Assembly (NCBI GenBank): GCA_040954595.2
Contig: CM082596.2
Coordinates: 4,209,025 to 4,273,024, forward strand
Direction: 5' to 3'
From: Balanoglossus misakiensis
Taxonomy: Eukaryota; Animalia; Hemichordata
Length of the DNA stretch: 64,000 nucleotides
The first letter of the stretch is position 1, and each line of letters opens with the position of its first letter. Shown here in pieces: positions 13,382-26,400 of this stretch. The notes beneath the pieces are model-generated. The model searched no databases. It worked only from the letters and a program-made list of their open reading frames with translations, and was not told the origin of the DNA. Made by a program: the position numbers and the translations under genes.

Positions 13382-16300
13382 TCTTAAAAAAAGTCGGCCA
13401 GAGACCCAAAACGAGCGACGAACGAGATGCGACGAAACGGAACGCCGGGTTGACAATTGTTATCTGTCGACTGAGGAACGTCGGTGGCGTCGTTCCGGAT
13501 GCCGTTCACATCCTCAATAAATATATATGCTTTGCAGAAATGACTTCTAAATTTCAACGACCCGACACGGGACTGTTTATACTGGCATGGCATTCGCGCG
13601 AGCAGCTGTGCGTGTTTGGGCCTGACCATTTTGTAGTAGGGGTGGCTCACCCTTAGAACTAGGATGACACTAATGAACTCAGTTGAATTTGGTGATTGTC
13701 TGACGCCGACCGAAAAAAAAATTAATTGACCGAAACTAAACGCGTAGGACTCTTAATTGCTATAAGCCTAAGTGTTTGCCCAGAGAATTCAAATGTTCGG
13801 CACAGATTTCGAAGGGTGTGATGAACTTCATTTTCTGAAACAATGACAACATCGTGCGGTATGTTTTCCTTTCAAATGCACTTGAATTTGATCCACCCCT
13901 AAAGCTGTGGAGAAAACTAAAATAAAACACACAACCTTCAAGTGATTATTTTAACATGCCAAAACGCTTCACCAATTCGGACGAAACTGCCGATAAATTT
14001 TTCTTCTTTCTCCGCTATTTGTGCGTAAAACAACTTTTGCTTGCGCACGATTCCATGAAAATGACCTTCAGCCAAAAGTTTACGTCCATACTCGCCCATA
14101 AGTATGGAGATGTTTTCTTTTAATCGTGCAAGGGGTATTTATGACAGCTCCAGCTGTCATTATAGAATATTTTCAAGTTGAGAACTGTGATTACGTTGGC
14201 GTTCAGAGGGCCTAAACTATTCCCATACAGTTTGTGATTGAACAATGTGTGAACGACAATCATGGGGACAAATGGAAACAATTACGCAGATTGTGTGATG
14301 TTATGGAAATGATTGGAATATGTGTGTGAATTCAACGACTGCAGACTGTACTTTGTGTTTAACTGATCTATTGATATGCAGACATGTATACGACCGGGCG
14401 ATCGAGATGAGACGGATACGTTCGCGAGCAAAGACCCCTATTAACCACGAAAACACTGCATAGTTCACTGACATTCACTAAAGCATGTAAGAAAAATCCC
14501 AATGGACACGAACATTTTGAAAACCTCTTAAATACCATTTCATTATACATTTTACTATAATTTATTTCCCACCAGTTTACGCGAACAAGTTATCTTCGAT
14601 AGTATGATAAATCTGACAGAAGTATAAACGTCGGTGTATACGTGTCCATTTACTAGACAGAATATCATAAAAACAACATCAGACGAAACTAATAGCATTT
14701 ATATAGCCATAGTCCTCCTGTACTGATTTTGCGATAATATCGCAATTAAGTGTTCGACATTTTGCTCAGCGCAACCTACATGCGAATGCCCACAAGGAAC
14801 CAGCGTGAACTGCAAATCTTTTATTAAACATTTCTGTTCTGCTATGTGTGCGTGTGGGGGCGCTGGTGATAAACCACAAGTAGTAATTTTCAAGAAAAGA
14901 TCACTGATTGAGTGAAAGTTCCTATTATCTCTCTTTTTCTCTTGGTTAGTCGATTTCTCCCCCAAATATTGCGGGTGTGATCGCCATTCGTTTCGGCCTT
15001 GTGCTTTGAGTGCGCCAAATCACCAAGTTTGACAGTACATAACGAGGAATATACAATATCATCATTATGTTATGAAAGATATATGGTTCTGCTTGAGTTG
15101 TTCCTTTCATTGACCGTTTATGTTTTTTTCTGTGATATACCCGAGGGTCGTGTGCATACCCTCGTCACCAAATCACCGTGCTTTTGTCCACCACGTTACA
15201 CAGCAGAAGCGGCACAATAATAAACGTGAAAACATTCAATAACAATTGCAGTAATTTCCCCAAACTATCGTTTATACATGTTATAGGTGTACAGTATCGC
15301 GCTGTGATATATAACTTTAATAGCACGCACGCCCGTGCAATTAGCGTCGGTGTATAAAACGAAATAATGCCTCAATCATCATCGTTTACGAGTAAAATAA
15401 TTAGAGCATCAAGTTGCTTTTGAAAATGGAAATAAAATCTCGATGAATTTTGGATTCCGTCCACAAATTGGCCATCAAACAAGAAATTTGTTATGCACAC
15501 GGGGATATTATGGTTTTAATGTATATTTATGCATTTCTACGTCTAGAGGCGGTTCCAAACGATAACCTAGAATCGCTCCGTATCTTTATATCAATCATAA
15601 TCGTTATCTATTACAATGTTTTAATCATGAATATAACTGGAAATGTTATTTCCCCCTGCTAGCTGAAAACGTTCACCGCTCGAGCGATAGAAACAGGTGA
15701 TTTCGTTTAATGTTTCGAAACGGTGCTCATTGAGGTCTGCACTGTTGCAGTTGCAAAAAGCGAGCGTGTAAGTCTATACCAATGTAACAGAAATCTGACA
15801 TAATTATTTCGAACACATTTTAAAATGCATTATTCTCAAGGCATTGTCCATCAGTGTAAATATAGAAATTATTGTTTTATATTTGCATGAAACTCTATAT
15901 TTGTTTTATGTGAATGTCAGGCAACGATTACTCCAAGGTAATACTCTTTTCATTAGCGAGAATTTGTTGAACAACAGCGACGTGATCAAAAAGAACCATT
16001 TCCGTGTTCCATCTACATCATGTCCATCAACAACAAAGGAATTATTTTAAGCCAAAGAAAGGTGATAATTTCATCACTGTCTGGAATAGGAAAGTGCGTG
16101 TATAAATAAATGTGTTGTGGCATATCTTAAACTACTAACCCTTGGTATACGGTACACTGTTATTGGCATCGCGTTGTCCTTCCGAGTGATACTGCAGATA
16201 GCACCATATGCCGCTGTAGTTTGCAAATAGCCGTGTCTCACGCCCAAAAATCTCCGTTCGCCGAATTAAAAGAGAAATCGGGTACTTCTTTACTGGTCCT

Positions 16301-18165
16301 TGTTTAAACGCGGGATGGGTGAAGTAAGAGACGATACGTTCAAGATGGCCCGGGGCTTAGTCCACCAGAAGTGAAAGTTCACATCATATTGCTCTATCTT
16401 ATTCTATGATGCAGAGACCAACTGTTGCGTCGTGCGCGTGGTTGTTCCATTTGATCGACACACCCCCATTTTTGTTATGCTCGCCCGTGTTTTGGAATAC
16501 ATTCATAATTAATTGATGTCGTTGTTTGTCGAGCAGATTGGTATTCGAACGTTTAAGCATTTTCTCTGCTAGAAATTGTACGTGTATACTTTTATGTATA
16601 CAGAAGACCGCACGTGTAGGAGTTTCTGCCATGCGACATAGAGCTACGCTTATACCAAATGTTTGATGCGTATTATTAGAGCTTTTATTGTTGAAACAAG
16701 ATCATTATAATCATCGCGTATGATACACACATTTCATCACCGTGTAATTTAACGGTGCATTAATTTTTATTTTGATAACTATATTAGTCCATGATATAAT
16801 GGTTTTATCTGTCTCTGTGACATTAGGTATTGACAATAATGACAAGTTTTTTCTCTAAAGAGAGTAAATGAAGTGAAGTTTCTTAGTACCTTAACGTACT
16901 ACATTAACCATGCAAGTGAGAGAATCTGGAACCCATTTACAAAACTATTAATATGATGAATCTTATATTTAAACATAATTTTAAAATAAAATTTGGCATT
17001 TAAGTAGAGATTTATAATAATACGTAGGCCTATTGTTTTCGCACTACCGAACTTGTGTTGTCGCGTTGCTATGGAAGCATTTCTCCGAGATGATAAAATG
17101 GCTGTAGCTAAGCAACAAGTGCACAATTCCCGTTGCCTTGGCACCGAATGTCGATTTCGAAGATGATTGCCCAATCGAATCGTTTTATCAAAAGGCCACA
17201 GCACAACTGACTGTATCTTCTATTATCCAGACAAATTGTGGAGCGTGTTTTCGGCGAAGAACGCGCCGTTACCCCCGATAAAATCGTATGTAATCATCTT
17301 CTGATTGGCTTTGGCGACAAGCAATTTAAAAGTTGCTGGTTATCTTTGCCCGACAGAAACAGTTAACCAGGCAAGGAGAACAGCAAAAAACACAACAACA
17401 GACAAACGTTGGGATTATAAATACTGTGCTGTTTTTCTTCGCAACACAGAACATACTTAATATGATCGCAACCAAAAGAGTTCACGTTGGCCCACAATAT
17501 TCGACTGTAATAAGCTTCCCAGTTTATACGTCATGTATAATTCATAAAATAAAGAAACGTGGTTATTCATAACACAGCATAATTTATGATGCATATAAAC
17601 ATACATTTGTCCACTATTGTCACAACTGAATGGGCACAGTATAAAGCTGGCAGCTTTCAAGACTCGAGTAACGAGGAAAACATTCAGGGGTTTCGGAAAA
17701 GCGTGGCTTGAATAACAAATCGCATATCTACTTTTGCAAATCTCTTATGTCTTCTGAAAGTGAACATTTCGTGTGTCATATTACTAATACACCGGCGCGA
17801 TCTCCAAACATATGTCCCATAAGCCTTTAAGTGTACGCGCTTATATCTCCAGGAAAGGCTTTTTCTTTTGTCCATTAAAACAAACTTTTTAGATAGTGGA
17901 TACCATGTAAATTTTGCAACAAAAAGGTAATGCAATTGCGCAACAGCCAAATAACATCGGCCATTAACCTGCCAACGTATCAATGTTTCACTGATCGGAC
18001 TGAGCGTCCCCCGAGGTGTAAGGCTTAACAGAATCCGTGAATGGAACTCAAAGATAACATGCATGTATACGGCAAGGGAAACAAAACATTCAATGCAGTT
18101 ATTTCGTAGAATTGAAAACAAACCGTCAAAAGTTACAGTGCAATGCGAAGTACGCGTTGCTATTT

Positions 18166-18180
18166 CAGCGCCACCAGGCG
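18166..18180 (-). promoter_or_regulatory. CTCF-like motif (CGCCTGGTGGCGCTG on the minus strand)
   Basis: Close visual match to the CTCF core consensus. Confidence 0.4.
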
Positions 18181-21100
18181 ACCGGTTAACAATCTCGCTA
18201 ATGACGCCCAGCACTCGGATTTCTGCCACCACCAAACAAACTGTGCACTCCGGTGAAATGTCACCGAGAGTCTCGCTGTTTACTCGCCGTTGGCTGTGTC
18301 TAATTGAGGACTAAGTGGATTTTAATTGAAAAGAAATGAAACTCCTCGGACTTAATGGAGAACACACTGCGCAAATAGGCGCTCCCTCCGGTGCAGTCTA
18401 ATTACTGATTCACACGTGTGCGCGGTTTATTATTACTGGAGGAATTTGCATTCGAGTTTTTTCTGTGAGTGCCAACATGTTTTTGCGCACAACAGTTAGC
18501 ATTCTCAAACCAGGTGTTACGACTGAGTTAGTGCGTAAACTTGCATCTATAACAATTGTAACGAATAATGTAATGATTACGTAAGACCTGTTAAATGCCC
18601 ATTCAATGCCAACATAGGCACCGATGTGACATTGCCAGGTCATCAATTCCGCCCACCCCACAACATTAATACCGTTCCCCCCAGATAAAATGAGTATGGC
18701 AGTGAATATGAGAAAATAGTGTTTTGCCTTATATAATTTGGGTAATAACAAGCCTGTCAATATACATTCTAAGATTACCAGTCATCAGAACATGCCGAAT
18801 TCAATGGTGTTTACACGGCTTATTCTGACGCTGATTTAATGAACACCGGAGAGATGGTTTACTCGTATGAAATCCCACGGGTGCTGGCCGGGGTTGAACT
18901 CAAGCAGAATCTTATCAACTTAAAGAACAAAGGCCATTTGCAATAACATGATTATTGTATGTCAAGGTCACGAGACGTTAAGACGACTGTTCGTTTTGTT
19001 CCCAAATCAAATTGGTAGATTTTCAATCCAATATAATTCACTTTAAAATATTAGTGGTTTGTCGAACTAAAGGACCAGACATCGCTGTTATTTTTATTAA
19101 TCGCTTTTACATCTGATTAAATTACAGGCTTTGCCGCAGTGCAGATGACATCATTACGGTGACGAGCGACAGGGAAATACCGGAGATAATTGAAACATAT
19201 AACTGAGGGCGCCTTCGACTAGATGGAACGGATGGCAACGTCGTGTCAAATGTCAACGCCCGGCAGCGGCTTGTGGTATCGTTGTAAGGTATGTCATTCA
19301 TGGACTTCTATGTAGGAAACGCACACATAATCATAAAAAGCGTGCAAGGAAAATTCACCAAAAAACCACAAAAATGAGTTCTCCGCGCGGTGCTAGTGAT
19401 GGATCTCCCATGCGTAACACGGTAGACAAGAAATAGAGCCGGTTTGTGATTGGCCGCTGAACTTAAAGATACTGGCTGGTTGTTGTGTCCACCCCCTCCC
19501 CCTCCCCTCCCCAGTTGCCCCTTTAACTGTACTGTCACCAGTGCAGAGGACTCTTACTTGCCAACAGTTATTGCGTCAACATTTACAACACTGCATTTAT
19601 GCGAGTTGTACTATTTACGTTTCCTAGCAGCGAATTAAGGACGCGGGCGCGGGGTCACATTTAGAATACTCGCATGATTAACAACCGACGTGCATGGGCC
19701 TGAAAAATAGATTTAAAAACACAGCCCCGCTTTTGATGGATCGTTTATTGCCTAGCTAAAACACGCTCTTTTTGTTAAGACGTGCTTGTTTGTGAATTTT
19801 TCCTGAAATTACTCGTTTTTGTGTCGTGTGGCATTCTAATCGATCACCCATGCTTTCCGAAACCTCTATTGGTCAGAAAGGGATGTTTCCTTCACGTGAA
19901 TATAGTAGGAATCGGTTGCAGGTGTTCATCTGTTGATTCAAACTGTTGCAAAGAGCTTTACCCCAGGAATCAATCCAGGCGTAATTACATGGCTATTTAA
20001 TGTGAACTTTGGACCTCAGTAGGATATTACCTGTCGACTTCATAAAAATAGGTAGTTGATTTTGATATTAAAAACGGCGTCGTAATGGCACGGCATGTCA
20101 GTTGGCAAAGTTTGAAATTATGAAAACTATTGGACAAGGCAAATTTTCTTTCCCGAGCACGCACTGGTCGTGACCTCATATCGACGCGCTTTGGTTGACG
20201 GGTGGTTTTTTTCCTTGTAGCTATTTTTCACCCTCCCAGGGTCGAGGAACTTTGAGTTGAACAGGTGGAAACTCTCTCCAAGCTGACGCCTACTAATTGA
20301 TAGGTGAGGTTTGTTCGAACGCACCGTTTATGTTGCAGTTTGTCCATGTGTATAAGCATACCCCCTGCACATTTGGCAGATACGTGAGGCCAGTTTAATA
20401 TCGTTCCTGCAATCGTATAAACGTGTTTCGCACTATTTACGTTACTCCACACCTCTTGAACAAGTGTGAACAGGCATAAACAGAAAACATTAAAAAAGAA
20501 ATTAAAATAGAAGGGACATGGGACGTTGATATATGTAGCCACTGACTAATAACAAAATATTTGAATCACACAAGAGCTGTTCAACCTCGCCACTAATATT
20601 AATATTATAACCGTAAGGCCCGTTGTTATTATGTCGGCGACAAGGCCGATTTGGGGGTTATTGCATCGTGTCCTCAACATGGAATATTCAAAAGACACAA
20701 AAATACCTTTGAAAAGCCGTTACAGACCTTCTGGTTTAATTAAAAATTTAAACTATGGAGATAAAGTGGCGTTGTAAAAACACAACGATCGCTGTTTGAA
20801 AAGACACAAGGACGCAGTTTTCCATCAGCAAAATTTCTACAAAAACTGCAGACAAAGGCGTGTATAAAAACGTACGGCTATAAAATATGGGATAATAAAC
20901 TGTGCAATATGAATTCTCTTCTGAACGTGTCACTAATGGGACCGCTAAATAGATGAACGGATAAGTAATTTTTATTAAGCCTCTGAGCAGTCTGAAAAGC
21001 AACGAATTTGTCTCCTAAGGGCGATGTCATTTTTACCGAGTATACTGACACGAGCTTGCGAAGTTGACGTTGATGTACTTTCAGTTTTTTTTAATTAAGC

Positions 21101-23249
21101 AGGAGGTGGGTAATATTACGAACTGGGGAATTTAGAGCAGTTGAGATGACATGAGAGGGATAGTGTACGGCAAAACCTTGAACTAAGGGTATTATTTGGT
21201 GTGTCATTTCAAACTATACTAAATTAAAATAATCGAGATGTGTGGCAATTTCACGGAGTCGCCGACGCCAGCCCCTGTCACAGGTGTTCAGTGTGGTTTC
21301 CTTCCGGACGTGTCGAGGAAGTATTTATCACCACATATGTAATTACATTCGAAAGAGTGATATTATCACTGTCTTTTTGAACACTAGAATACAATCTGTT
21401 GGAACGAGAGGAATCTGTCCCTAAAAGTTTTACCACGTGATGTCTCTGTTAATTACATCAAGTGCGCTGGTAAGCCGACCGTCCAATCAGATTGCATCTA
21501 TCGCCAAAGTTTGCACACCTGTCACATCGGCAGTGTTATAGAAGCAACAGTGTTTTTGTTTCGTGCTACTTGTTGGTATGTCTGACGTCACGCGTCTAAA
21601 ATTATTATATGCAACGTTCCAGACCTGTAACCTGAGCGCTGGCGTTGTTGTCCTAATTATCACCGCAATTTTCCAAAATCTAATTACGGAGTTATTTTAA
21701 AGCAAAACAATGTTGGCAATGCATACAAGAATGATAGTTGGGCACTTAGACAAAATACTCCTCCACCGCTTTAAAGTTGTAAACGTCCAGAAGCACAGAA
21801 GTTAGGATTGTACATGTACATATGTCAATTAGTTCAATTTGCGAGGCAAAGTCTTGTCAAACTTTTCCGATACGAGCAGAACTTGCCAATCGAATCATGC
21901 TTTCCGCGAATATTACTTCATGGTGCATCATATTTAAGTATGCAACCCCAGCGCTTGCCGAAACATTCTTAAACACTAATCTCTCACCGAGCAAGAATGA
22001 CGAGTGCCAACCCAAAATGTCACTTGTCAGAAGCGACGTAAATTTGATTGCAAAAAGAGCGTCATACATACTGGCATTGAGGCGCCTATGACGGGGTATG
22101 ATATCTACGTGATAGGAATATCTCCAAGGCCTATTTTTTGCAGCAATGCTTCCCCCAATATACGTTTCATGCACGATCGTTCCGTTTTTGTTGACGCATC
22201 GAGTTGCGTTATTTTAATTTAAATTTAAAAACTCCACCAGTTACATAAAAAAGTCCTCAGTTGCTTTTAGTTTTGCCGAAGTCGAAGTTATTATTTTCTA
22301 ATTTTCAAATGATACTAGTTAGAGTTAAAAATTCCCTAGCTATTATCCCAATCACCTGTATATGACATTTTTGTCGATGTGACTGGGCGCCATCTTGCTC
22401 TTTTACGTAAGACCTGACACAGTTTATATTGCGATTTACGATCCGCTAACCGCCGTGTCCAGACAATCTGCACCATCTGAAATGTATATACAGTGAACGC
22501 CCCTGGCGTGTCACAGCGTTGATAAACATCTCATCGCCGATGCATTTTCGCGCACGTGAAGGCGTCAAATCCAATACCGGAGTTCAACGTCAGGGAAATA
22601 TCGCCGAGACATCTGCGAGAACCGTGTTTCTCGACACCCCGTGGGACACATTCAAACATGACGGATTACTGCGCCCGTTCCCAGCAGTGATCGCATCTCG
22701 CCAAATATCCAATTCATACAGAAACCATAACGATAGATCACGCGGGACTTACAGCATATCGTGGCATAAGGGCGACAGCTCAAAAGACATACATGTAATA
22801 TTGAAGAACAAGTCAGACTTGTTTATATTCCCATTGAGCAATAAAGTCACTTCCAGGCGCTCTTTAAGAAGAGAAAAAACGCATGGACAGTTAACGTTAG
22901 TGCTCATCATGGTGCAATAAAAATGCAAAGTACACGACTTCAAATTGACAATTTCAACTGCGATGTGCTGACACGATGGTGGTGAACAGCGATTGAAACT
23001 AGGTCATCTGAACTGAGAGACGAGTTTTCTTATAATACCCCATTAGTTTGTCTGTCTTTTCAACATAAGCTATTGAAATCAAATCCACGAGGCAATAACG
23101 GTGAACGAACTAAATAAATATAAATGAAGGATTTCGCTGTCGGTTCATTAGCTCCGATAAGACAGTATCTGAGTCAGATATTTTCAAACTTTTAGATCTG
23201 GTCACCGGGGCTTACTACGTGGATTAATCCATTAACCGTACCCACAAAC

Positions 23250-23411
23250 GCCATGTTTTATAGAGTTTGGCTCCAAGTCAAAATTGTCGGTTGGCTGATC
23301 GGGGTGACCCGAGTCAGATGAGGTTATTGGTGGTGGATTTGCACAGATAGAGTTTGTGGAGCGGAAACGAGGTACACTGGCGTTGTGGGAGAACTTCAGG
23401 TCAAAGCCTGA
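23250..23411 (-). CDS. Candidate internal exon (SGFDLKFSHNASVPRFRSTNSICANPPPITSSDSGHPDQPTDNFDLEPNSIKHG); 3' end uncertain
   Basis: TTATTTTGCCAG| acceptor. Only the phase-0 frame stays open; the other two stop within 5 codons. Donor is either GGC|GTTTGT (23250) or TGG|GTACGG (23242). Confidence 0.4.
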
Positions 23412-26400
23412 CTGGCAAAATAAGCATTTGAGTTCAATAGTGGATGGAACAAAAATAGGAAAGGAGATAATCTTCAAATATCTGAGATGCAAAACTATAT
23501 CTGATTGAATAGCTTGCATGGTGGCACTAAGATTGATAGTCAGACTAGAACTATGTAGTGACGTAATGTTGAAAATTCCACCAGGAAAAAAAAATTGCAG
23601 TTCGTTTCTTTTTTAATGAAAATATATATTATGTTATTTTCTGTGTTTTTTTCTGCCACTGGCTTTGTTGAAGCTTCATTTAATACAGTCAGACAACCTC
23701 GCTTGAACCTAAATCTCGCAAATTCACAAATGGGAGATATTGATGATGATGCATATCTGTCAGCGGAGGAGATAAAACTACAATGTCTAATGCGGTCCTT
23801 CATCCAAAACATATGTTCAATCTTCATTTATGGAAGACGCGGTGAATGCTATACACAAATACATTAAATCAGATTCCTCGGGGTAAACCTTTGAAAAGTT
23901 ATCAGAGAGATTTTCTCTTACGCCGAGCTAACCCTTCTACGTCATGAATTTCAAAATTCCTGCGCGATGTTTTGCACAGAGTTGGCTTTGTAAACATCGC
24001 TTGTCTTCATTTCTGCAGCCGGGCACGCACGCGCACTAGCTGTCTCCGATCCGTCAACCGTAAACCTTATTACATAATGACGTACACACGGATGACAACG
24101 CTGGCGTATCCAACTGACCCTGTCGACCTCACAGAGGTCACACCAGGTCATCCGCATCAGGGTGCCTGGGCGACTCCAGAGATTTGCAGATGTCTAATCA
24201 CGGGATTATGAGATGTTAATCTGCTCGACTGGAAAATGCAAACTTTGATCCCGATATGAAAATTAAAGTATGCGGGATTTGTTTTGATTCTGCAACTGTT
24301 CAATTTAATATCTGTTCCGTCCATAAGTCCGGAGTGTCAAATTGTGAAGATTGTCAAAATAATAGTGAATGATCAGATTGTACCACATAGTACTAAAAAA
24401 CCTATCACAGAATGAGATCCCCTCCCAGCTATTAGGACCCTATTGTCCAAGGATTCCTACGTTCAGTGAGCCAATTACACACTTTCTACCACTAACGTTG
24501 ACATGCAAGGCGTTGAAATAGTTGTCATGGTGATTAAAAAACTAACTTACGTTACTCTTAATGTGACCACTTGAATCTAACTTGACGGAAGCGACGCCAA
24601 GTCGGCCGGAAGTGACCATGATTGGGAGCAATCGCCTGTCTACAGTCCCGGAACCAGTGCGGCGACAAATATTGACCGGGCGGCGGGCACCCCTTCACAT
24701 ATCTAAGTGCCCCCTGCACCTGTTGCAGGACGCCGCACTCGGTGGCTTGGTGTGAACAGACGTGTCCAATTTCGTCACTTGGTTACAGAGGCAGCTCTGT
24801 CGTGGTATTCGACGAGCAGCAAGACCAGTGTGACCTTTGGGTCGAGTGCCTGGTTACATTAACCGAGACTTTACTTCAATTTCAGTACCAGGGAGACAAT
24901 GTCATAGCGTCCTGCCCACACCAGACACAAGCACCATCTGACACTTTAAGCAATTTCCAAGTTGAATCTCACAGACTTTCTCTCGCCTCTCTTTAGTACG
25001 TCCCCTGTACAACGAATTGTTCACGTATCACAGCCAAATACTTATCGCGTCTACAATACCATTGGTTTATTTCATTTCATGTTTGTTTGGAAGAATTCCA
25101 TGGAATGGCTCCATGCTCTCTCAACAAATAGTTTCACAGCATGCTGTTGGATTTACCCCCTGCCAATCTGGTTGACCCATCTTTATATATAGTATCTACG
25201 GATGAATCGGTCCGACTCTCTTTATGTAAATACGGTAAACTGATGACTGCACGTAGCCAGATCATCTCCAGGTTCGATAAAAGATGCTCCCCATTTGATG
25301 AACATTTCCAGACTTTGTTATGGTTTGTTGTTATCATGGCGACTGCTGCTCAGATTGGAGGCTGGGGGTGACGGTGGGGCAGAGGTCCAGATTTCATAAT
25401 GTGAGAATGTGATGGTATGGGCCCGTTTAACCTGAGACTAGGCTTTGGACATTCAATGTCTTGCAATTCGCATGCGCAGAAGACTTAATTTTGTCTTCCC
25501 TGCTGCTTTCCTGATGAACAAATTTTAAACCTAGATTGAAATCTACTGAATTGAGCGGGGAGAATTAGAAGATATATTACTAGCAAATCTTTGACATTGT
25601 ATACATGTAAATGTCTTCAAGACATACCCATAAATACTCAGCATCGAAGACGGTCCCTGCTATACAATACCGCAATTGAATGAATATGCTTGCCTCTGAT
25701 CATCTTTCAAATTAATCCACGGCAACTCATAGAATTGTATTTCTTCGAGATTAGTGTTTTTTAGCACCAGAAATGAATCGGGACGGAAGAAAAAACATCA
25801 CATGTGAACATAAATTTCAAGAAACCGTCAAATGTGATTGCTTCGCATAGTTGCGTAGAGAGTAAAACGTTTAGGCGCGACGGGGATCCACTTATGACTC
25901 GAATTCATTTCACATTCTGCGCGAAATATCCGGCAAGCAATGCCAGGAACGTCAATCATTCGAGGTTTTCATTTGTGTCACGCGAAACAACGCGAGAAGC
26001 GGCGAGATTGGAGAATCACAGCTGCTGCCTATCGCTGTGTAACATGTTATCCCTAAAACATGGCCATGTTCAGAAAAAAAGTGTCGTGTTTACCAAAGGA
26101 CGGATTTCTCTATTCCCGAAAATTTGGCAATGTAACCTCAAATTCATTACAGGTGTTACGCAATGCTTTCAAAACAATACACCCGGCTAATGATCCTCCA
26201 TATTTATATTTATTGGTGTTGATTGTATTTATTCTGGCCTGGGCAGGATAATTAGTCTGAAAATAAACCGTGACATAACATCAACAATTAGCGAGAATGA
26301 CACAATAGATAATTAGCCTACAAAGAAGATGACGTTGGTCATTAGATGGTGAATATGTTACAGCTCAGGCATAAATGCATAATGACAAATGTAACCATGC

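Noticed and set aside
17684-18235. Longest ORF in the track (183 aa, minus strand)
   Set aside because: Non-ATG start, no recognisable domain, random-like composition, no supporting splice sites.
18860-18901. B-box-like GAGTTCAACCCC on the minus strand (SINE head)
   Set aside because: No matching A-box, tail or target-site duplication visible.
21857-25337. Minus-strand ATG-donor units at ~21988-22068 and ~25156-25337
   Set aside because: They end in phase 1 and lack other support; they illustrate the chance background for the first-exon calls.
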